DNA from: a bacterium
Lineage (GTDB): Bacteria; RBG-13-61-14; DATKZS01
Direction of reading: 5' to 3'
Assembly (NCBI GenBank): GCA_963674965.2
Contig: CAXXFL010000001.1
Coordinates: 576,001 to 640,000, forward strand
Length of the DNA stretch: 64,000 bases
Each line of letters starts with the position of its first letter. Position 1 is the stretch's first letter. This document shows positions 1 to 10,209 of the stretch, one piece after another. The position numbers and the translations under genes were made by a program. The notes under the pieces were generated by a model. That model was not told where the DNA came from, did no database searches, and worked only from the letters and a program-made list of their open reading frames with translations.

Positions 1-146
1 ACCAGCATCCGGGGCCACTTGTCCCTGAGGATTATCCAGCCCATGCCGTTGGCTAAAAATCCCAGGAAGGGCAAAAGCGGGATAAGGGCGATATAGGCGG
101 CCGCCTGTCCCTGGTTCACAATCTCTATCGCGGTTTCATGTCCCAT
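1..146 (-). CDS. nuoL: NADH-quinone oxidoreductase subunit L, N-terminal part (runs off window)
   Basis: ATG at 146 just after the nuoK stop; my translation gives MGHETAIEIV...YIALIPLLPFLGFLANG, typical of NuoL TM1; operon order. Confidence 0.8.
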   Translation of the reverse strand, partial: MGHETAIEIVNQGQAAAYIALIPLLPFLGFLANGMGWIILRDKWPRML

Positions 147-150
147 GGGC

Positions 151-468
151 TCACCACTTTAAAAGGTCCAGCTCGTCCAGGCTGAGAGTGGCCCGGCTGC
201 GGTAGATCGAGAGCAATATGGCCAGACCCACGGCCACCTCGCAGGCCGCCACCACCATGGCCATGAAGACGAACACGTGCCCGCTCATGGTGAAGGTGTA
301 GCGCGCGAAGGAGGCGAAGGCCAGGTTGGCCGAGTTGAGCATGAGCTCGATGCTCATGAACACGGAAAGGGCGTTCCTTCTCGTCAGGACCCCGCCCATG
401 CCCAGCGCGAATAGAATGGCCGAAAGGGCAAGGAAATGGCCCAGCCCGATGTGCGTAAACTGCGTCAT
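151..468 (-). CDS. nuoK: NADH-quinone oxidoreductase subunit K
   Basis: 105 aa; RRNALSVFMSIELMLNSANL and VAACEVAVGLAI motifs. Confidence 0.97.
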   Translation of the reverse strand: MTQFTHIGLGHFLALSAILFALGMGGVLTRRNALSVFMSIELMLNSANLAFASFARYTFTMSGHVFVFMAMVVAACEVAVGLAILLSIYRSRATLSLDELDLLKW

Positions 469-1406
469 GAATCCTCTCCGGTCTCCTCGCGCCTGGCCAG
501 GGCCAGAACGCCCACTATGGCCGCGAGAAGAAGGAAACTGGCGGCCTCGAAGGGAAGAATATAGCGGGTGAAAAGGACCTTGCCCACCGCTCCCGTCGAG
601 CCGAAACTCTCGATCTGATTAAGCCGTCCCCTTACGAGGGCGGTAAGATACGCGCTCATCACCTTGTCGTCGAACTCCCCCTGGTAATCCACGGGGGCCT
701 TGACCTCGTCCACGTCCTGGGCCTGGGCCAGGGTTATAAGGGCCGCTTTCCTGAAGTCCTCCATCCTCAGCTTCTGGATGGAGGAAAACTCCTCGGGAAG
801 CTTGACCCAGTCCATGTTGCGCTCGTCCTCCAATCCCTCGAGGACGTTCTTGGCCACCGCCACCCGGGACGGACCGGCGGAGGACGAGCCGGCGGCGAAC
901 ATCTCCCTGGCCGCTGGCGAGGGATCGGTAACGACCGAGTCCACCGTGGCGCCGACCGAGATAAGATACGCGGCCAACTCCTCGGCCGTGGCCATGCCCG
1001 GCTTCTGGGAAAGAGAATAAGGATTGGCCGCTCCATCGGCGGACTTGTCCACGTAGCCGCCCATGAAGACGGTCACGCAAAGGAACATGATCCCCAACGC
1101 GGCGCCGCCGCCAAGGGCCTTGCCGATGGTGGCCCTGGCCGCGAGATCGCTCGGGTTGACGTTGATCAACATGACGATCATGAGGAACAGGACGAGGATC
1201 GCGCCCGCGTAAAGGAGTATCTGGATGGCCGCCAGGAAGTGCGCGTTCAAAAGAACGTACGCCACCGCCACGGCGAAAAAGGCGACCACCAGGTAGAGGG
1301 CGTTGATGATCGGGTTCCTGTGCCACACGACCATGAACGCGGAAGCGACCGCAACGGCGGCCGTGCCGTAAAAGGCTATCGCGTATGTGTATTCGCCCCA
1401 GTCCAT
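465..1406 (-). CDS. nuoJ: NADH-quinone oxidoreductase subunit J with large soluble insertion
   Basis: RNPIINALYL, LAAIQILLYAGAILVLFL and GKVLFTRYILPFEAASFLLL motifs; 313 aa. Confidence 0.93.
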   Translation of the reverse strand: MDWGEYTYAIAFYGTAAVAVASAFMVVWHRNPIINALYLVVAFFAVAVAYVLLNAHFLAAIQILLYAGAILVLFLMIVMLINVNPSDLAARATIGKALGGGAALGIMFLCVTVFMGGYVDKSADGAANPYSLSQKPGMATAEELAAYLISVGATVDSVVTDPSPAAREMFAAGSSSAGPSRVAVAKNVLEGLEDERNMDWVKLPEEFSSIQKLRMEDFRKAALITLAQAQDVDEVKAPVDYQGEFDDKVMSAYLTALVRGRLNQIESFGSTGAVGKVLFTRYILPFEAASFLLLAAIVGVLALARREETGEDS

Positions 1407-1408
1407 GA

Positions 1409-1906
1409 TTACCAGTCCAAAAGTTGTTCTTTGTTGATGATGAAATCATCCGGCTCGTACTTGCAGAACCGCATGTCCATCGTGTCCATCAATATGGCGT
1501 TCAGCGGGCAGGCCTCGACGCACATGCCGCAGAACACGCACCGGAAAAGGTCGATCTCGAAGGAGACCGGCATTTTCTCGTCCACTCCGTCGCCTCGCTC
1601 GCCCGCCACGATATGTATGCACTCGGAGGGGCAGGCGGTGGCGCAGCACATGCAGGCCACGCACTTGACCGTTCCGTCCTCCCGCTTGTTCAGGCGGTGT
1701 TTACCCCTCCACCTGGGCGAGATGGGCCTTTCCTCCTCGGGCCACTGGTAGGTGACGGTCTCGGGCTTGACCATCTTTCCCACCAGGGGAAGGAAGCCGA
1801 TAACGTTGACCCAGAAATGCCTGAGCGTGATCAGAAGGCCCTTTAGCAACTCGATAAAATAAAGCCTCTCGGGCCAGGTCATGTTTTTATGTCTGGGACC
1901 GCCCAT
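1409..1906 (-). CDS. nuoI: NADH-quinone oxidoreductase subunit I (2x[4Fe-4S])
   Basis: CVACMCCATACP and CVFCGMCVEACP; start placed at ATG 1906 overlapping the nuoH stop. Confidence 0.95.
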   Translation of the reverse strand: MGGPRHKNMTWPERLYFIELLKGLLITLRHFWVNVIGFLPLVGKMVKPETVTYQWPEEERPISPRWRGKHRLNKREDGTVKCVACMCCATACPSECIHIVAGERGDGVDEKMPVSFEIDLFRCVFCGMCVEACPLNAILMDTMDMRFCKYEPDDFIINKEQLLDW

Positions 1907-3327
1907 TACACGAACCCCCTCGTGAACGCCAGTACCACTCCCGTGACCACCACGTTGGCCAGCGCCAGGGGCAGGACCATCTTCCATCCCATCCTCATGA
2001 TCTGGTCATAACGGAACCTCGGGTAGGTCCACCTCATCATGAAGATGAGGTAAAGGACGACGAGGAGCGTGATGGTGAACTTGCCCGCCTGCAGGACCAT
2101 AATCAAAAGGCCCACGCCGTTGGCGCCCAGGGTCTCGCCAATGCCCGTGTCGGCCCACGCGCCGGCCCAGCCGAGCAGGTGATAGCCCTGGGCGTCGATC
2201 CAGGGTATCTGCCATCCGCCCAGGAACAGGGTGGTAATGGTGGCCGAAAGCACGATCATCTCGACGAACTCGGCGAACATGAACATGGTGAACTTGGTCG
2301 AGCTGTACTCGGTGAAGTAGCCGGCGATGATCTCGGACTCGCCCTCCGGGAGATCGAAGGGGACCCGCTTGATCTCGGCCATGCCGCAGGTGAAAAGGAG
2401 AAGGAAGGCCAGGGGCTGCGTGACGATGCCCCACTTGGGGACCACGCCCCATAAAAGGTCGCCCTGCCTCTGGACCACCTCGGCCAGGCTCACCCCGCCG
2501 TAGATCATGAAAACGCCCACCGCCGTGATGCCCAGGGCCACCTCGTATGAAATCATCTGGCTGGCGCCGCGCATGGCGCCCAGGAAGCTGTACTTGTTGT
2601 TCGAGGCCCAGCCCGCCAGGATCACGCTGTATACCGCCAGCGTGCCGATGGCGAAGACGAAAAGCATGCCCACCTCGAGGTCGGCCACCACGAACTTGAG
2701 AGTGTAATCGGAAAGGTGAAGCGCGTCGCCGGGAAAGAGGCGGTACATGGGACTTAAGTCCCGGCTGTAGACCGTCTTCCTCTGGAACTTGTGCCCGATA
2801 TAGGGAAGGTCGCCCGCGTAGGCGTTCTTGTCCGGGTTGAAAAGAGGGCCGATAAGCCACATGTCCTTGGCCGGCATGGACCAGCGCGTGCCCATGGGAA
2901 CGTCGGCCGCCATGTTCACGTCGCGCTCCAGGTAATGGACCAGGGGACAAAGCTCGGCCGAGGGAATGTCCCGGTACTTGATCTTCATGGGGCCCGCGAA
3001 GGGGATCACGCAGAAGACGATGAAGGGGATTACCAGCCCTATCACCGGCGCCAGAGTATGAAGGGCCTTATTCGCCCCCTCCGGCACGAAGTCCTCCTTG
3101 GTGAACAACTTCACCGGGTCGCACATGATATGGATCAGTCCGATAAGGGTGAGGTTGTACTTTCCCAGCCGGATGTTGGCGCGGTTCGGGCCTATCCTGT
3201 CCTGGATCATGGCGGAGAGTTTCCGCTCGACCCAGGTCATGAGCCCGGCCAACTGAAGGACCCCCACGAAAATGAGGACGGCCCATAGGGCTGACATTAC
3301 GAACTGGAATGCTTGGTCCAGAGACAT
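1906..3327 (-). CDS. nuoH: NADH-quinone oxidoreductase subunit H with insertion
   Basis: ERKLSAMIQDRIGPNRA, GWASNNKYSFLGAMR, PFDLPEGESE, PRFRYDQ. Confidence 0.97.
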   Translation of the reverse strand: MSLDQAFQFVMSALWAVLIFVGVLQLAGLMTWVERKLSAMIQDRIGPNRANIRLGKYNLTLIGLIHIMCDPVKLFTKEDFVPEGANKALHTLAPVIGLVIPFIVFCVIPFAGPMKIKYRDIPSAELCPLVHYLERDVNMAADVPMGTRWSMPAKDMWLIGPLFNPDKNAYAGDLPYIGHKFQRKTVYSRDLSPMYRLFPGDALHLSDYTLKFVVADLEVGMLFVFAIGTLAVYSVILAGWASNNKYSFLGAMRGASQMISYEVALGITAVGVFMIYGGVSLAEVVQRQGDLLWGVVPKWGIVTQPLAFLLLFTCGMAEIKRVPFDLPEGESEIIAGYFTEYSSTKFTMFMFAEFVEMIVLSATITTLFLGGWQIPWIDAQGYHLLGWAGAWADTGIGETLGANGVGLLIMVLQAGKFTITLLVVLYLIFMMRWTYPRFRYDQIMRMGWKMVLPLALANVVVTGVVLAFTRGFV

Positions 3328-3343
3328 GCTGAGGCTCCGTATC

Positions 3344-4762
3344 CTAAGCCACTTGTTTATTATCCAGGGCCGCCGCCAGTCGGGACAGAATCTCGACGTG
3401 GGAAAGCGCCTCGCCTGGAGGCTCGACCGCGGGCTCGAAGCTTTGCTCGACGCCCTCGAAGTTGACGAAAGTCCCCGAGGTCTCGGCGAAGCAGGCCGCG
3501 GGCAGACACACCTTGGCCCCGCCCGCCGCTTTCGAGAGCTGGGGAGTTAACACCACCGCCGGTTCGGGCATGGACTCGGGAAGCGGGTTGGGACAGAGCG
3601 TCTCCAGGTATAATACCACCGCGTCCTCCCCCACGGCCGAGGCCTTGTCCTTGATCTCGAGGCCGTTTATGCCCTTAACGTTCGCGTTTCGGTCGGCCCG
3701 GCGGAGGAAGTCGTCCTCCCAGCCCGGCTCGCCCTCGTGGACGTAAAGTTTGGCCCCCAGTTTGGCCCCCAGGGCCTTGGCCGCCTCGGCCTCCTCCAGG
3801 GTCAGACTGCCCGAGATCACTATGGCTAATTTCGCGCCCGCGCCCTTTATCGTCTTGGCCGCCGCCGCCAGGGCCTCGCTCCAGGAGGTCTTCTTCATTT
3901 TTCCCTCCTCGGCCACGCGGGGCACGGTGAGCCGGTTGTCGATTATCGAGTGATATGACAGCCTGCCCTCGTCGCACATGAAGCTCTTGTTGATATCCTC
4001 GTTCACGCGGGGCCGGGTCCTGTAGACCTGGCCCTGGCGATGGTCGATCCAGATATTGCAGCCCCGGGCGCATTGGGGACAAACGGAGGGAGAGTTGGTC
4101 AGGAACCAGGCCCTCTGCTTGAAGCGGAAATCGGCGCTGGTCCAGGCCCCCACCGGGCAAAGGTCGGTAAGGCACATGCCGTAGGGATGGTCCAGTTCCT
4201 TTCCCGGGAAAAGGGTGATCTCCGCCTTGTCCCTCCGGTTTATGATCACGAGCTGCTCGTCCTTGACCACGTCCCGCATGAACCTGACGCAGCGGGTGCA
4301 GAGCACGCAGCGCTCCGTGTCCAGGTAAAGGTTGGGGCCCGCGCGCAGGGCTTTTCTCTTTTTCACCTTCTCTTTCGGCCCCTGGATACGGGATGACTCC
4401 AGGTCGTACCTCATGTAGTAGTCCTGGAGATAGCACTCGCCGGCCTGGTCGCAAATGGGGCAGTCCACCGGGTGGTTCTTCAGGAGGAACTCCATGACGG
4501 CGCGGCGGGCGGCCTGGACCTTCTCGTTCTCCGTGTCGATCTCCATGCCGTCGGCCACGCGGGTGGCGCAGGCGATCGAGAGCTTGGGAGGACCGGGTTT
4601 AATATCCACCAGGCACATCCGGCAGTTGCCGCTGATGGGAAGGTGGGGATGGTAACAGAAATGGGGAATGAAGACGCCGACCTCGGCCGCGGCCTGAAGC
4701 ACGGTTTTGCCCTCTTCTACCTCGTATTCCTGACCGTTGATGGTTATCTTGACCGTTCCCAT
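3344..4762 (-). CDS. nuoG: NADH-quinone oxidoreductase subunit G (short form)
   Basis: IPHFCYHP, GNCRMCLV, HPVDCPICDQAGEC, CVLCTRCVR, CPQCARGC; 472 aa. Confidence 0.93.
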   Translation of the reverse strand: MGTVKITINGQEYEVEEGKTVLQAAAEVGVFIPHFCYHPHLPISGNCRMCLVDIKPGPPKLSIACATRVADGMEIDTENEKVQAARRAVMEFLLKNHPVDCPICDQAGECYLQDYYMRYDLESSRIQGPKEKVKKRKALRAGPNLYLDTERCVLCTRCVRFMRDVVKDEQLVIINRRDKAEITLFPGKELDHPYGMCLTDLCPVGAWTSADFRFKQRAWFLTNSPSVCPQCARGCNIWIDHRQGQVYRTRPRVNEDINKSFMCDEGRLSYHSIIDNRLTVPRVAEEGKMKKTSWSEALAAAAKTIKGAGAKLAIVISGSLTLEEAEAAKALGAKLGAKLYVHEGEPGWEDDFLRRADRNANVKGINGLEIKDKASAVGEDAVVLYLETLCPNPLPESMPEPAVVLTPQLSKAAGGAKVCLPAACFAETSGTFVNFEGVEQSFEPAVEPPGEALSHVEILSRLAAALDNKQVA

Positions 4763-4854
4763 GATTCTTTCTTGTTCTCGCTCCGGCGGATTCTTCCGCC
4801 CGCCATAATGCTTTATGGCGACCTTACTCCGTTACGGGACCCGCTTGGGCCCCC

Positions 4855-6150
<1,296 letters not shown>

Positions 6151-6216
6151 GACTCTGTTTCGCGGGGACTATCCCCAGGTTTTGACTTGGCGTCCGGCCA
6201 GGCCGGACATGGGGCG

Positions 6217-6699
6217 CTAATCGTCGGCGCCGAGTTTATCCAGTATCTCGTCGACCTTCTCGGGTGTAAGGTTCTCGTAATAGTCGTCGTTAATCTGCAT
6301 CATGGGGGCGTTGCCGCAGGCGCCCAGGCACTCGACCCGCATGAGGGTGAACTTGCCGTCGGCCGTGGTCTCGCCCGCCTTGATTCCCAGCTTCTCCGAG
6401 ATATAGTCGATCACCTCCTCCGCTCCCATGAGGGCGCAGGAGATGTTGCAGCACACCTGGACAAGGTACTTTCCGACCTTCTCCTTGTTGTACATGGTGT
6501 AGAAGGTGGCCACCCCGTATATGCGGGCCGGGCTGACGCCGATCATCTCGGCCACGGTTTCCATGGCCTCGAGGCTCACGTGCCCGAACTCGCGCTGGGC
6601 GATGTACAAGGAGGGCAATATGGCCGCCTCCCTGGTGGGGTACTTGGAAAGCACCTTCTCGAATTCACCCTTGGCCCGCTCTGAAAACTCGAGACCCAT
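6217..6699 (-). CDS. nuoE: NADH-quinone oxidoreductase subunit E
   Basis: VATFYTMY, CCNISC, ECLGACGNAP. Confidence 0.97.
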   Translation of the reverse strand: MGLEFSERAKGEFEKVLSKYPTREAAILPSLYIAQREFGHVSLEAMETVAEMIGVSPARIYGVATFYTMYNKEKVGKYLVQVCCNISCALMGAEEVIDYISEKLGIKAGETTADGKFTLMRVECLGACGNAPMMQINDDYYENLTPEKVDEILDKLGADD

Positions 6700-6700
6700 T

Positions 6701-7894
6701 TTATCTGTCCATCTCCCCGCCGATCATGTTAACCGACCCGAAGGTGGGTATGATGTCGGCAAGCATGTAGCCTTTCAAGATTTCGCCCATGGCCGCCACC
6801 GTGGGAAAACAGGGCGGACGGCAACGGCACTTGACCGGTTTGGTCCCGCCGTCGGACACCACGTAGAAACCAAGCTCCCCGTTGGCGCCCTCGACGTAGG
6901 CGTAAGCCTCGCCCCTCGGGACCTGGATGCCCTCGTATATCAGCTTGAAATGGTTGATCGTTCCCTCGATGCTGGAGTAAACCGACTCCTTGGCCGGCAG
7001 GGTGAAGCGGGGATCGGCCACGTTCACCGGGCCGTCGGGCAGCTTGGCCAGGGCCTGCTCGATTATGCGCAGGCTCTGCTCCAACTCGGCCATCCTCACC
7101 ACCCAGCGGTCGTAGTTGTCGCCGTTCTCGCCCGTGGGTATCTCGAACTCGAGCTCGTTGTAAACGAGGTAAGGGTGGGCCTTCCTCACGTCGTAGGCCA
7201 CCCCCGTCGAGCGAAGGAAAGGACCGGTGATGCCGTAGCTGATGGCGTCCTCCTTGGAGATGACGCCCACGCCGGCGGTCCGGTCGATGAAAATCCTGTT
7301 CTTGTCGAACAGGCGATGAATCTCGTCCACTATGCGGCGCGTCTCGGGGATGGCCTGCCGAAGACCCTCGCGGAAGTCGTCGGGCACGTCCCACCTGAGG
7401 CCGCCCACCCGGGTCCAGGAGTAGGTCACCCTCGCCCCGGTCACGCTCTCGATCAGCTCGTAGTAAAGCTCCCTGGCCTTGACGAAGTACAGGAAGGCGG
7501 AGAAGGCGCCCAGTTCCATGACCACTGCCGCCAGGCAGGTCAGGTGGTCGGTGACCCTGCACATCTCGGAGAGTATGACCCGCAGGTACTGGCAGCGGGG
7601 GGTTATCTCGAGGCCGCACAGCTTCTCGACCGCCATCACGTATCCCACGTTGTTGATGATGGGGGACACGTAGTTGAGTCGGTCGGTATAAGGAACTATC
7701 TGGTTCCAGCGATGGTCCTCACATTCCTTCTCGAAGCCCCGGTGCAGGTAGCCCGGCTCCACGTCGATATCCACGATGGTCTCGCCGTCCAGCAGGGCGT
7801 GCATCTGGATGGTGCCGTGCGTGGCCGGGTGAGACGGACCGATCATGATATCGAGATAATCGGTATGCAGGTCCTTTGTCGTGTCTTGCGCCAT
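6701..7894 (-). CDS. nuoD: NADH-quinone oxidoreductase subunit D
   Basis: GPSHPATHG, GYLHRGFEK, DRLNYVS, C-terminal GEMDR. Confidence 0.98.
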   Translation of the reverse strand: MAQDTTKDLHTDYLDIMIGPSHPATHGTIQMHALLDGETIVDIDVEPGYLHRGFEKECEDHRWNQIVPYTDRLNYVSPIINNVGYVMAVEKLCGLEITPRCQYLRVILSEMCRVTDHLTCLAAVVMELGAFSAFLYFVKARELYYELIESVTGARVTYSWTRVGGLRWDVPDDFREGLRQAIPETRRIVDEIHRLFDKNRIFIDRTAGVGVISKEDAISYGITGPFLRSTGVAYDVRKAHPYLVYNELEFEIPTGENGDNYDRWVVRMAELEQSLRIIEQALAKLPDGPVNVADPRFTLPAKESVYSSIEGTINHFKLIYEGIQVPRGEAYAYVEGANGELGFYVVSDGGTKPVKCRCRPPCFPTVAAMGEILKGYMLADIIPTFGSVNMIGGEMDR

Positions 7895-7937
7895 TATTCC
7901 ATCAACCTTTTTCGGTCAACTCGTTCTCGCCAAGGCC

Positions 7938-8501
7938 CTAGTTGGCCTTTTTTATTTCCTCGCAGGACAACTCGTCCGGCTCGGTCTCGTCCATCGCCCG
8001 CCGGGAGGGCTTGTGCTCCGGCGCCAGGAGCGGAATCCTGGGCTGGGTCTTGGCGATGGGATAATCCTTTCTTAGTGGATAGCCCTGAAACTCCGGATAA
8101 AGGAGAAGGGGCCTCAGGTCCGGGTGGCCGGCGAACTTTATGCCGTACATCTCGTGGCACTCGCGCTCGAACCAGTCGGCGCCCTTGTAAAGGGAGCAGA
8201 GGCTGGCGATCGAGCATGAGGACTCGGGTACCCTGGCCTTGAGCCGTATTCGCTGGTTGGTCTCGTTGTTGCGCAGATGGAGGACGACCTCGAAGCGGGG
8301 AAGTCCCGACTCCCGGCCCAGGTAATCCACGGCCGTGAGGTCGATGAACATGTTCATGCCCATCTCGTCGCGGAGGAATTTGACCGCCTCGAGCCAGGCC
8401 GACCTGGCCACGCGGGCCGTCTCGTCGCCGCAAAGCTGGTGGGTTTCCTCGATGGCCTCGGGGAAGCGCTCCTTTAATTTGTCCAGGATTTCAACGCTCA
8501 T
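7938..8501 (-). CDS. nuoC: NADH-quinone oxidoreductase subunit C
   Basis: DLTAVDY, WFERECHEMYGIKF, GYPLRKDYP. Confidence 0.96.
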   Translation of the reverse strand: MSVEILDKLKERFPEAIEETHQLCGDETARVARSAWLEAVKFLRDEMGMNMFIDLTAVDYLGRESGLPRFEVVLHLRNNETNQRIRLKARVPESSCSIASLCSLYKGADWFERECHEMYGIKFAGHPDLRPLLLYPEFQGYPLRKDYPIAKTQPRIPLLAPEHKPSRRAMDETEPDELSCEEIKKAN

Positions 8502-9016
8502 GGCAACATCTTGTATTTTTCAGGATCGTGATGCAGGTCGATCTTCTCGCCCTGGATCATTTCCTGCAGCTTCATCAGCCCGTCGAGCACCATCTCCGGC
8601 CGCGGAGGGCAGCCGGGGATGTAAACGTCGACCGGGATGATCTTGTCGCAGCCCTGCACCGTCGCGTAGTTGTCGTAGAACCCGCCCGTGGAGGCGCAGG
8701 CTCCGAAGCTGACCACCCACTTGGGCGTGGTCATCTGCTCGTAAACGCGGCGGAGGATGGGGGCCTGCTTATGGCTAATCGTGCCCACTACCAGAAGAAA
8801 ATCCGACTGGCGCGGAGTGAAGCGGGGAAACTCGGCCCCGAACCTGCCCAGATCGTAATGGGAACAGGCCACGCTCATGAACTCCATGCCGCAACAGGCG
8901 GTAACGAAAGGATACTGGAAAAGCGAGTACTTGCGAGCCCAGTTGATAAAGAACTCGACCTTGGTCGAGATGAACTCCCAGCGCTGAAGCTTGGTCTCGA
9001 GTCCGGTCAGTCCCAT
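8498..9016 (-). CDS. nuoB: NADH-quinone oxidoreductase subunit B
   Basis: TACCGME, PRQSD, GACASTGG, IPGCPPRPE; start moved to ATG 9016 overlapping the nuoA end. Confidence 0.96.
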   Translation of the reverse strand: MGLTGLETKLQRWEFISTKVEFFINWARKYSLFQYPFVTACCGMEFMSVACSHYDLGRFGAEFPRFTPRQSDFLLVVGTISHKQAPILRRVYEQMTTPKWVVSFGACASTGGFYDNYATVQGCDKIIPVDVYIPGCPPRPEMVLDGLMKLQEMIQGEKIDLHHDPEKYKMLP

Positions 9017-9366
9017 TCCAGACCTCCTTTGCCCCAGGCGTAGACCAGGGCCAGCACCAGGATGCCCAGGAAAAGGACCATCTCGATCAGAGCGAAAAGT
9101 CCCAGGCCGCCGTAAGCCACGGCCCAGGGGAAAAGGAAAACGGCCTCGACGTCGAAGAGGATGATCAGGATCGCCACCGAGTAGAACTTGACTGAGAAGC
9201 GTTTTCTTGGGTTGCCGTCCGAGGGATGGCCGCACTCGAAGGGGGCTTGCTTGCGGGGGTTCTTGTGACTAGGGCCAAGAAATACCGACCCTAAAACGAA
9301 CACCGCCGCTAAAAAAACCGCCAGCGCGATCATCACTAGTATGGGTGCGTAGTCTACTGTTAACAT
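9007..9366 (-). CDS. nuoA: NADH-quinone oxidoreductase subunit A
   Basis: PFECG, FYSVAILIILFDVEAVFLFPWAV, KGGLEW. Confidence 0.97.
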   Translation of the reverse strand: MLTVDYAPILVMIALAVFLAAVFVLGSVFLGPSHKNPRKQAPFECGHPSDGNPRKRFSVKFYSVAILIILFDVEAVFLFPWAVAYGGLGLFALIEMVLFLGILVLALVYAWGKGGLEWD

Positions 9367-9532
9367 TTTTTACCCGGCCTAGTTACGGGATTTTACTGCA
9401 AGAATCTTGGAACTTGGAACTTATGATGCCAAATGACCCCAAACTAAAGGCCCAATTATACCAACAGTTACGTCAAAGTCAAATGAAAAACAAAACCTTA
9501 GATAAATTTAATAATTAAAAACGCTCAGTTCT

Positions 9533-10045
9533 TCAACAATTGTCATCGGCAAACTCTTGCCATTTATTGAATATTTTTACAAACGCTAAACGGTCCAGGC
9601 TGATGGCCCCGCCTCCCCTGGCCATAAGCAGCAAGGCCAAAACGAACCATAATAGGTCCTGACCCAAAAGCGGCCAGCCCACGGCGCCTCCGTCCTCGGA
9701 GAAACATCCGCAGCTCATCTCCCTGGCTCGCCATATATTGATGTAAATAGCTATTATAAATGATAAAAATATGGAGGACGAAACGCCGGCCATGGCCCTT
9801 GTAAAAAGACCCAGAAGCAAAAAAGCGCCGCAAATCACCATCGCCCAGGGAAGTAAAACCGCGAAGCTCTCCTCCCACTCGGGGGCCAACACCTCGTATT
9901 CGCTCACCTTTAATAAAAAACCGATCGGGTCGAAAAGCTTCGGGATACCGCTGTAAAGGAATAATGAGCCAATTACAATCCTCATGGCCGCCAGGGCCAG
10001 GTCCTCGGCCCAGGCCAACTTTCTTTTTCCGCGATCATCCGTCAT
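9533..10045 (-). CDS. DoxX/MauE family membrane protein
   Basis: RIVIGSLFLYSGIPKL, LLLGLFTR, SCGCF, ISLD motifs. Confidence 0.85.
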   Translation of the reverse strand: MTDDRGKRKLAWAEDLALAAMRIVIGSLFLYSGIPKLFDPIGFLLKVSEYEVLAPEWEESFAVLLPWAMVICGAFLLLGLFTRAMAGVSSSIFLSFIIAIYINIWRAREMSCGCFSEDGGAVGWPLLGQDLLWFVLALLLMARGGGAISLDRLAFVKIFNKWQEFADDNC

Positions 10046-10209
10046 AGGTCATGCCCCGAAACAAGTCGCATATCTTATAAGATCGGGGCGTTAAATGCAA
10101 TAACTCCCAATATCCATATTTTCCTTACAAATTGAAGGAGGCGAAAAAGAAAGATGGATCGGCGCAAAGGCTGGCCGTGCATCCAGATTATTTCAGAGCG
10201 GAACTTTTA

